A program made the translations under genes and the position numbers. Below, one piece after another: positions 9,777-17,924 of a stretch of DNA of 64,000 bases (position 1 is the first letter of the stretch; each line of letters opens with the position of its first letter). The notes beneath the pieces were generated by a model that did no database searches, was not told the DNA's origin, and saw nothing but the letters and a program-made list of their open reading frames with translations. The stretch comes from Prevotella sp. (GTDB lineage: Bacteria > Bacteroidota > Bacteroidia > Bacteroidales > Dysgonomonadaceae), in NCBI GenBank assembly GCA_031285625.1, contig JAITVV010000035.1, positions 1-64,000 of the forward strand, written 5' to 3'.

Positions 9777-11399
9777 ATGAAAATGAAAAAATATATATCA
9801 TTAGCAATAATCTGCCTATCACTATTTTCTACATCATGTGGAAATGGTTTTCTGGAAGAAAATCCTCAGAATTTTGAGGCACCTGAAAATACATATGTCA
9901 GTACTGCAGGTTTTCAGACTGCAACAAATGGACTTTATTCTTATGTCAGATGGGAGTATTCCACATGGGATGGACCTAATCTGGGATCTACTGCTTATGA
10001 AGCACTACAGGCAGGTCTCGATATCTGTGTCAGAGGGAAAAAAGATGACCAGAATCTGGTTGTGATAGAGCAGTATACTATCAATCCGGCTCATGTTTTT
10101 ACAAAGGCTCGTTGGCAATGGGCTTATATTGCTATTGCCAATGCTAACCAGATAATAAATAAGGCAGAAGATGCAGGTGTAAAATGGGATAATGCATCGG
10201 ATAAAGAGTCTTTTCAGGCACAGGCACGCTTCCTACGCGCTTATGTGTACCGCTATCTGGTGTATTTATATGGAGATGTGCCATGGGTGGAAAAATCTGA
10301 AGATCAGTATCGCGTTGACTTTGAAAGAACGCCTAAAGCAGAAATTATTACGCATATGATAGACGACCTCAAATTTGCTGCTACCTATCTGTCTGATAAT
10401 CCTGATAATGTAAAACAAGGAGAGCTTACATCATGGGCTGCCAAACATCTCTTATCTGAGATATATCTTTTAGCAGGCGATTATCAAAATGCAAAACAAA
10501 TGGCTTCGGAGGTTATCAACTCAAATAAATACTCTCTGATGAAAGATCGTTTTGGGACAAAGAAGAGCAGTCCGGGAGATGCTTTTGCAGATATGTTCCT
10601 TGAGAATAATCATAACCGCTCATCCGGTAATATGGAGTCGATATGGGTTATTCAGGCTGAATATAATAAGCAAGGTGGTAGTGGTGATATCGACTGGACA
10701 CGCCGTGCATGGGTTCCCCGTTACGAAAATGTAGATGGATTCGTTAATTCTGTTGAATATGGAGGTCGTGGTTTAGGTCAGATTTGTCCTTTGGACTGGT
10801 TACTTGAAAGCTATGCTACAGATGATATGCGAAATTCTAATTATAACATACGCAGGACATGGTATTATAACAAACCCGGAGATGCGAGATTTGGAGAGGA
10901 ATTTAAGTTTGATCCTGTAAACAATGATGCTCATAAAACATATTACGATAACGGTTATTTCTTCTATAGTACTACAAAATTTGATTACGGAGTAGAAGGA
11001 AATGAAAATGGTCTGAATGGTGTATTCAAGGATAAAACACGTATGCGCTTGGCTGAGACATATTTATTACTGGCTGAGGCTTGTCTTGGACTGAATGATA
11101 AACAAGGTGCAGCCAATGCAATAAATGAAGTACGTTCGAGAGCTAATGCAACTCCAGTCGCGGCAAGTCAGGTAGATATGGATTATCTGTTAGACGAACG
11201 TGCCCGCGAGCTGTTAGGCGAGGAAGTGCGTCGTTTTACACTTGTACGTACAGGTAAATTATTAGAACGTACTCGTGCCCTTAATCCTGTATCTAAAAAT
11301 TATATTAAAGATTATAATGTCCTTTGGCCTATACCACAGGAAGTGATTGATGCTAATTCAGGGTTGAAATGGAATAATAATCCGGGATATGATGAATAA
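9777..11399 (+). CDS. SusD/RagB family glycan-binding lipoprotein
   Basis: Lipobox FSTSC; ARFLRAY.Y..LV..YGDVP, MRLAETYLLLAEA, DERAREL.GE..R, NPGY. Start moved to ATG 9777 (9783 also possible) because the track start overlaps susC. Confidence 0.95.
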   Translation: MKMKKYISLAIICLSLFSTSCGNGFLEENPQNFEAPENTYVSTAGFQTATNGLYSYVRWEYSTWDGPNLGSTAYEALQAGLDICVRGKKDDQNLVVIEQYTINPAHVFTKARWQWAYIAIANANQIINKAEDAGVKWDNASDKESFQAQARFLRAYVYRYLVYLYGDVPWVEKSEDQYRVDFERTPKAEIITHMIDDLKFAATYLSDNPDNVKQGELTSWAAKHLLSEIYLLAGDYQNAKQMASEVINSNKYSLMKDRFGTKKSSPGDAFADMFLENNHNRSSGNMESIWVIQAEYNKQGGSGDIDWTRRAWVPRYENVDGFVNSVEYGGRGLGQICPLDWLLESYATDDMRNSNYNIRRTWYYNKPGDARFGEEFKFDPVNNDAHKTYYDNGYFFYSTTKFDYGVEGNENGLNGVFKDKTRMRLAETYLLLAEACLGLNDKQGAANAINEVRSRANATPVAASQVDMDYLLDERARELLGEEVRRFTLVRTGKLLERTRALNPVSKNYIKDYNVLWPIPQEVIDANSGLKWNNNPGYDE

Positions 11400-11426
11400 T
11401 TGAATTCCTGTTAATAACAATAAAAT

Positions 11427-11449
11427 GGGTATGGAGTCTCTCCATACCC
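11427..11449 (+). other. Perfect stem-loop between susD and GH97 (mRNA stabiliser or attenuator)
   Basis: GGGTATGGAG-TCT-CTCCATACCC, 10-bp stem, no U-tract. Confidence 0.55.
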
Positions 11450-11484
11450 TGATAACTCTTAAACAAATAAAATATACGTAAATT

Positions 11485-13470
11485 ATGAAAAACCTGTTTC
11501 TTATAGTGTTTTTTTTATTAATCTCTATGCATCTTTCCAGCCAAAAGAACTATCAGTTAAAATCTCCGGATGGGGAATTGATGGTGAATATTACTGTTGA
11601 TAAAAGTATTACTTATTCATTATTACATGAAGGTGAGCAGCTGATAGAACCATCACCTATATCTATGCTGTTGGACAATGGTAAAAGCTTTGGTATAGAT
11701 TCAAAAGTAAAGAATATAAAAACGACAACTGTTGATCAGGTTATTAAAGCTTATTTCTATAAGCGAAATGAGATAAAAGATAATTATAATGAGCTGACTG
11801 TAAATTTTAAAGAAGATTTTAGTTTAATATTCCGTGCATACAATGAAGGAATGGCATATCGCTTTGTATCTACAGGAAAAGAGGATTTTATTGTAAAAAA
11901 CGAAGAAGCGACATTTAACTTTGATAAAGACTACAAAGCATATATTCCTTATGTAAAAAGTAAGGTAAAAGATATTGAAGGGCAATATTTCAACTCCTTT
12001 GAAAACACTTATACATATTCTAATCTTAGTAAAATGGATGCTCAAAAATTGGCATTCACTCCTCTTCTTATCGAAGCAGGGAGAAAAAAAATATGTATAG
12101 CAGAATCGGATATGGAAAATTATCCGGGTATGTTTATTGTAAATAAAGATGGTTTAACCCTTAACTCAAACTTTGCATCCTACCCTGCTATTACTGAGCA
12201 GGGAGGACATAATCAACTACAACAAATTGTAACGGCGCGGGAACCATATATTGCTAAATGTAAGGCTAAAACAAATTTCCCTTGGCGTATAGTTATTGTT
12301 TCCTCAGATGATAAAGGCTTAGCTGATTCCGATATGGTGTATAAACTTGCTACTCCATCAAGGATACAGGATATATCATGGATAAAACCGGGTAAAGTAG
12401 CTTGGGAATGGTGGAACCATTGGGGACTATACAATGTCGATTTCGAAACAGGAGTGAACAACGAAACCTATATGGCATATATTGATTTTGCTTCACGCAA
12501 CAATATAGAATATGTTATTCTGGATGAAGGATGGGCTGTGAATCTGAAAGCTGATTTATTTCAGGTTGTACCTGAGATCAATTTGGAAAAACTGGTTGCT
12601 TATGGTAAATCAAAGAATGTGGGAATTATCCTTTGGGCTGGATACCATGCTTTTCATCGTGATATGGAAAAAGTATGTAGGCATTATTCCGAAATGGGAG
12701 TTAAAGGCTTTAAAATTGACTTTATGGACAGGGATGATCAGCAGATGGTCGACTTCCATTATAAGGCCGCTGAAACAGCTGCCCAATATAAGTTACTTGT
12801 AGACTTTCACGGTACCTATAAGCCCACTGGTTTAAACCGCACTTACCCTAATGTAATTAACTACGAAGGTGTGAATGGATTGGAACAAATGAAATGGACT
12901 GGTACGGAGATGGATATGGTTACTTATGATGTTACCATGCCGTTTATCCGTATGATTGCAGGCCCGGTCGATTATACTCAGGGAGCTATGCGAAATGCTA
13001 CTAAAAGAACACATAGAGGGATAAATGATGAACCGATGAGTCAGGGTACACGTTGTCGTCAACTGGCAGAATACGTGATATTTGAATCTCCTTTGAATAT
13101 GCTTTGCGATAGTCCGAATAATTATGAAAGAGAACAGGAATGTACCGGTTTTATCTCAGCAATACCGACAGTATGGGACAATACGGTTTCGCTAAACGGA
13201 GAGGTTGGTAAATATATTAGTATTGCCCGTCAGAAAGATGATGTCTGGTATGTTGGTTCCCTTACAAATTGGGACAGCCGAGAGTTAGATTTGGACTTAT
13301 CTTTCCTTGGAGAAGGTGATTATATAGCTGAGATATTCAAAGATGGGGCTAATGCTAATAAAATAGCTTCCGATTATAAAAAGGAAATTATAACTATTCC
13401 GGCTAACAGAAAAATAACTATATCAATGGCACAAGGGGGAGGATATGCCATGAAGATTTATAAAAAATAA
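11485..13470 (+). CDS. Glycoside hydrolase family 97 (probably retaining-type alpha-glycosidase)
   Basis: Signal peptide, LKSPDG, SWIKPGKVAWEWW, ILDEGW, GFKIDF (nucleophile Asp), RTYPN..NYEGV.G.E, GPVDYT.G. Confidence 0.93.
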   Translation: MKNLFLIVFFLLISMHLSSQKNYQLKSPDGELMVNITVDKSITYSLLHEGEQLIEPSPISMLLDNGKSFGIDSKVKNIKTTTVDQVIKAYFYKRNEIKDNYNELTVNFKEDFSLIFRAYNEGMAYRFVSTGKEDFIVKNEEATFNFDKDYKAYIPYVKSKVKDIEGQYFNSFENTYTYSNLSKMDAQKLAFTPLLIEAGRKKICIAESDMENYPGMFIVNKDGLTLNSNFASYPAITEQGGHNQLQQIVTAREPYIAKCKAKTNFPWRIVIVSSDDKGLADSDMVYKLATPSRIQDISWIKPGKVAWEWWNHWGLYNVDFETGVNNETYMAYIDFASRNNIEYVILDEGWAVNLKADLFQVVPEINLEKLVAYGKSKNVGIILWAGYHAFHRDMEKVCRHYSEMGVKGFKIDFMDRDDQQMVDFHYKAAETAAQYKLLVDFHGTYKPTGLNRTYPNVINYEGVNGLEQMKWTGTEMDMVTYDVTMPFIRMIAGPVDYTQGAMRNATKRTHRGINDEPMSQGTRCRQLAEYVIFESPLNMLCDSPNNYEREQECTGFISAIPTVWDNTVSLNGEVGKYISIARQKDDVWYVGSLTNWDSRELDLDLSFLGEGDYIAEIFKDGANANKIASDYKKEIITIPANRKITISMAQGGGYAMKIYKK

Positions 13471-13481
13471 AAGACATATCG

Positions 13482-15272
13482 ATGAAACTAACAAAGACAT
13501 TTATCACATCACTGATTCTACTATTGATCTTCTCTGTTCAGGAACTTTCAGCTCAGGATCTGATGACTAATATTTATGGACGTAATGTGCAATCGCTTAA
13601 TGGAAAGTGGGATGCGATTATAGACCTTTACGATCAGGGACGTAAGAATAAAATATATTTAAATAAAAAAGCGGAGGGAAAGACTGATTTCTATGAATAT
13701 TCGTTCGATCATGGTTTGCGTTTGAATGTTCCTTCTGATTGGAATAGCCAGATGCCCGAGCTCAAATACTATGAGGGAACGGTATGGTACGCCCGAAAGT
13801 TTGACACACCGCGTAATGCAGAAAAACGCTTGTTTCTTTATTTCGGAGCAGTAAGCTACAGGTGTAGGATATACCTGAATGGTAAAGAGATTGGAAAGCA
13901 TGAAGGTGGTTTTACTCCATTCCAGATTGAAGTCACTGATTTAGTAAAGGAAAAAGATAACTTTCTTGCTGTAGAAGCGAATAACACCCGTACAGTAGAT
14001 GCTATTCCGGCAATGGCCTTCGACTGGTGGAACTATGGTGGTATTACCCGGGATGTTTTTTTTGTGAGCACTCCTGGTGTATATATTAAAGATTATTTTA
14101 TACAGTTAGACAAGGATAAAGCTAACCGGATAGATGCACAGGTTAAACTTTCTGAGAATTCAGCAAATGCTAATGTACAGATTGAAATACCCGAACTGAC
14201 TATTAAACAATCGTTTACTACCGATAATGAGGGGATTGCAAAAATATCAATCGATGTAAAAAAGCTGGAACGTTGGTCTCCCGAGTCGCCTAAACTTTAC
14301 AAAGTAATTGTTTCTTCTGATAATGACAGAATTGAGGAAATGATCGGTTTCCGTAATCTGGCGGTGAAAGGAACAGAAGTATATCTGAATGACAAACCAA
14401 TCTTTCTTAAATCCATTAGCTTTCATGAAGAGATACCACAACGCAAAGGTCGTGCATTTTCAGAGTCTGATGCTGTAATGTTATTATCCGAAGCTAAAGC
14501 GCTGGGATGTAATATGATCCGTTTGGCTCACTATCCGCAAAATGAATATATTGTGAGGACAGCCGAAAAGATGGGTTTCCTCTTATGGGAAGAAATACCG
14601 ATCTGGCAAGGAATTGACTTCGAAAATGAGTCCACAAAGTTAAAAGCCGGAAATATGATAAAAGAAATGGTGATGCGCGACAAGAATCGTTGTGCACTTG
14701 CATTCTGGGGTGTGGCAAATGAAACACAACCATCAGCTCCCCGCAACGAATTTCTGAAATATCTGATCTCTTGTTGTAAGGAAATAGATAATACACGACT
14801 GATAGTTGCTGCTTTTGATTTGGTTCGTTTCAACAGGGAAAAACAGCTTTTCGAAATGGATGATCCTTTTATTGATAATCTCGATGTGGTGGCTATAAAC
14901 AAATATATGGGTTGGTATCATGCATGGCCCCTTGCACCTGAAAAAGCTGTTTGGAATGTTGCACCTAATCATCCGTTGATAATATCGGAATTTGGAGGCG
15001 AGGCTCTTTACGGGCAATCAGGCGATGCAGAAGTGGTCAGTTCGTGGAGCGAAGAATATCAGGAGAAGCTTTTCCGGGATAACCTTACTATGTTTAAAAA
15101 TATTCCAAACCTGAGAGGTACAAGTCCTTGGATATTATTTGATTTCCGTTCACCGTTCCGTTTTCACCCGACTAATCAGGAAGACTGGAACCGAAAAGGC
15201 CTGGTGTCCGATCAGGGCTACCGTAAAAAAGCATGGTATCTGATGAAAGAGTATTATGATAATATAAAATAA
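13482..15272 (+). CDS. GH2 beta-glucuronidase-like enzyme
   Basis: VPSDWN, HEGGFTPF, DWWNYGGITR, RLAHYP, WGVANE (acid/base), ISEFGG (nucleophile), uronate-binding NxKG motif WNRKGL. Confidence 0.92.
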   Translation: MKLTKTFITSLILLLIFSVQELSAQDLMTNIYGRNVQSLNGKWDAIIDLYDQGRKNKIYLNKKAEGKTDFYEYSFDHGLRLNVPSDWNSQMPELKYYEGTVWYARKFDTPRNAEKRLFLYFGAVSYRCRIYLNGKEIGKHEGGFTPFQIEVTDLVKEKDNFLAVEANNTRTVDAIPAMAFDWWNYGGITRDVFFVSTPGVYIKDYFIQLDKDKANRIDAQVKLSENSANANVQIEIPELTIKQSFTTDNEGIAKISIDVKKLERWSPESPKLYKVIVSSDNDRIEEMIGFRNLAVKGTEVYLNDKPIFLKSISFHEEIPQRKGRAFSESDAVMLLSEAKALGCNMIRLAHYPQNEYIVRTAEKMGFLLWEEIPIWQGIDFENESTKLKAGNMIKEMVMRDKNRCALAFWGVANETQPSAPRNEFLKYLISCCKEIDNTRLIVAAFDLVRFNREKQLFEMDDPFIDNLDVVAINKYMGWYHAWPLAPEKAVWNVAPNHPLIISEFGGEALYGQSGDAEVVSSWSEEYQEKLFRDNLTMFKNIPNLRGTSPWILFDFRSPFRFHPTNQEDWNRKGLVSDQGYRKKAWYLMKEYYDNIK

Positions 15273-15301
15273 CTTATTGATAAAATATGTGATTGACTCG
15301 T

Positions 15302-15384
15302 TTTGTCATGCTGACGAAGGAAGCATCCCGACCCATTTGTCATGGAAAGAATTCAAGAGATCCTTCGTTCCTCAGGATGACAAA
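15302..15384. repeat. REP-like inverted doublet of GTCAT hairpin units
   Basis: TTTGTCATGCTGACGAAGGAAGCATCCC (15302-15329) facing GAGATCCTTCGTTCCTCAGGATGACAAA (15357-15384); same family at 41532-41605. Confidence 0.8.
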
Positions 15385-15425
15385 TATGATGATAGTTTTT
15401 GTAAAACTAAACTAAAAATATTTAT

Positions 15426-16628
15426 ATGAAAACCATATTTCTATATATCGTTTCTATAGCTGTCTTAGTATCTTGTACTCACAAGTCTAAAGTTGAAGAG
15501 AGTAATGAAACTCTAAAAGCAGTTGTAAAGAATGCACTAAACAATTCGGAGAAGCAATATCTGCTGATGGCAGAAAAATATATTGCTAAAAAAGATAGCT
15601 TACCCCGCTCATACGAGAGCGGAAAGGATATATCATCAGATTCACGTTGGTGGTGTAGCGGGTTTTTCCCCGGCTCATTGTGGTATTTGTATGAGAATAG
15701 TAAAAACCCCGAAATACTGAAGTATGCTAAACTGTATACGGATAGGGTTGAAAGAGAAAAATATACAACAGATAACCATGATGTGGGTTTTATGCTCTAT
15801 TGTAGTTTTGGCAATGGATTACGCTTAACAGGTGATGAGCATTATAAAGAAGTGCTGCTGACCGGAGCAAAGTCGTTAGCTACACGCTATAGACCGAATG
15901 TAGGGCTTATCCGTTCCTGGGATTGGAATAAGGATAAATGGCAGTACCCTGTTATTATCGATAATATAATGAATCTCGAATTGATGCTTTGGGCTGCGAA
16001 TAATTCAGGGGATTCTACATTCAAAGAAATTGCTATATCCCATGCGAATAAAACAATGGAACATCATTTTCGTCCCGATTATAGTTCCTATCATGTAGTA
16101 TCATATGATACAATTACAGGACTTCCGCATCTGAAGCAAACACATCAGGGATATTCTGATGAATCGTCATGGAGTAGGGGGCAGGCATGGGGCTTGTATG
16201 GTTATACCTATCTGTATAGGGAAACAAGGGATAGTAAATACTTAGAGCAGGCGAAGAACATTGCAAACTTTATTATCCATCATCCACGGATGCCAAAAGA
16301 CTATATTCCTTATTGGGATTTCGATGCACCGGATATTCCGGATACATCACGTGATGCTTCTGCAGCTTGTATTATAGCTTCGGCCCTTGTTGAATTGAGT
16401 GATTTTGTAGATGCAGACCTCTCTAAAGAATATATGGTGGTAGTAGATAAACAAATCAGAACGCTGGCATCGCCAGAATATACAGCAAATCCGGGCGAAA
16501 ATGGATGCTTTATATTGAAAAACAGTGCAGGAGGATATCCATTCAAATCGGAGGTTGATGTGCCTCTTACTTATGCAGATTATTACTATCTGGAAGCATT
16601 GATGAGACTAAAGAAGAAATTTAAATAA
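15426..16628 (+). CDS. GH88 unsaturated glucuronyl hydrolase (lipoprotein)
   Basis: Lipobox VLVSC; WCSGFFPG.LW, HDVGF, VIIDNIMN, THQG, WSRGQAW, YWDF, RDASAA, YADYYYLEAL. Confidence 0.93.
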   Translation: MKTIFLYIVSIAVLVSCTHKSKVEESNETLKAVVKNALNNSEKQYLLMAEKYIAKKDSLPRSYESGKDISSDSRWWCSGFFPGSLWYLYENSKNPEILKYAKLYTDRVEREKYTTDNHDVGFMLYCSFGNGLRLTGDEHYKEVLLTGAKSLATRYRPNVGLIRSWDWNKDKWQYPVIIDNIMNLELMLWAANNSGDSTFKEIAISHANKTMEHHFRPDYSSYHVVSYDTITGLPHLKQTHQGYSDESSWSRGQAWGLYGYTYLYRETRDSKYLEQAKNIANFIIHHPRMPKDYIPYWDFDAPDIPDTSRDASAACIIASALVELSDFVDADLSKEYMVVVDKQIRTLASPEYTANPGENGCFILKNSAGGYPFKSEVDVPLTYADYYYLEALMRLKKKFK

Positions 16629-16635
16629 GAAAGGT

Positions 16636-17895
16636 ATGAAGAAAGGACTTTTATTACTATTGTTTTCCAGTGCTGTGGTCTTTTTGGCAGCACAGGAAAT
16701 AAACTATGATGAATCAAAGATTCCTCCGTATACATTACCGGATCCTTTGGTGATGGAGAATAGTGAAAAAGTCTTGTCAGAGTCAGATTGGATCAATAAA
16801 CGCCGTCCGGAAATTCTTTCCCTTTTCGAGACACATGTATATGGAAAATCTCCGTCACATCCTCATGATATATATTTCGAAGTGTTGTCCGAAGACAGAT
16901 ATGCTTTGAATAATATGGCAACACGGAAAGAGGTTGCGGTCTACTTTACCGGAGATAAGAAACATTACATGACGATACTAATGTATATACCCAATAAGAG
17001 GACGGGAGCTGTTCCGCTATTTTTCGGACTTAACTTCAAAGGGAACCATACTATTAACGATGATCCGGATATTACTAAATCTATAACCCGTATGAAGCCT
17101 CGTGATAATCAGAGAGAGGATCAGGTGAGAGAATTTAAACGGGGAGAGGCTTCTTCCAGATGGCCTGTTGATATGCTTATTTCGAATGGTTATGGATTAG
17201 CAACGGTTTATCGTGGAGATATCGATCCTGATTATGATGATGGGTTTCAGAACGGGGTGCACCCATTGTTTTACGAAAAAGGACAAACAAAGCCTAAGCC
17301 CGATCAATGGGGAACATTAGCCGCTTGGGCGTGGGGCTTAAGCTGTGCTATGGACTATTTTGAAACAGATGAAGATGTAGATGCCACAAAAGTTGCAGTA
17401 CTCGGACATTCGCGCCATGGAAAAACCGCCTTATGGGCTGGGGCTATTGACCAACGGTTTGCAATGGCTATATCCAATGATTCGGGTTGCGGCGGTGCTG
17501 CATTATCAAGAAGAAGGATTGGGGAAACCGTAGACAAAATAAATAAGTTATTTCCTCATTGGTTTTGTGAAAACTTTAAGAAATATGCCAATAATGAAGA
17601 TGCCCTTCCTGTCGATCAGCACCAACTGATCGCATTAATGGCTCCCCGTCCCGTATATATTGCCAGTGCGGTGAAAGATCAGTGGGCCGACCCTAAAGGT
17701 GAATTCTTGTCGGGAGTATATGCCACTCCGATATTTGAATTGTTCGGGCTTAAGGGGTTAACAGACAATATGCCTGAAGTAGACAAACCTGTACATTCGG
17801 GGCATATCGGTTATCATATACGTTCCGGCGACCATGATATTAATTACTATGACTGGCAGCAATTTGTAAAGTTTGCTGACAAATATTTCAAATAA
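16636..17895 (+). CDS. CE15 family (glucuronoyl esterase-like) carbohydrate esterase
   Basis: NYDESKIPPYTLPDPL, AAWAWG, nucleophile motif GHSRHGK, SGCGG, LPVDQH.L.AL.APRP, D.WADP.GE, catalytic His in R.GDH. Confidence 0.9.
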   Translation: MKKGLLLLLFSSAVVFLAAQEINYDESKIPPYTLPDPLVMENSEKVLSESDWINKRRPEILSLFETHVYGKSPSHPHDIYFEVLSEDRYALNNMATRKEVAVYFTGDKKHYMTILMYIPNKRTGAVPLFFGLNFKGNHTINDDPDITKSITRMKPRDNQREDQVREFKRGEASSRWPVDMLISNGYGLATVYRGDIDPDYDDGFQNGVHPLFYEKGQTKPKPDQWGTLAAWAWGLSCAMDYFETDEDVDATKVAVLGHSRHGKTALWAGAIDQRFAMAISNDSGCGGAALSRRRIGETVDKINKLFPHWFCENFKKYANNEDALPVDQHQLIALMAPRPVYIASAVKDQWADPKGEFLSGVYATPIFELFGLKGLTDNMPEVDKPVHSGHIGYHIRSGDHDINYYDWQQFVKFADKYFK

Positions 17896-17924
17896 CCTAA
17901 TAGACTTTAACGATAAAATATAAA

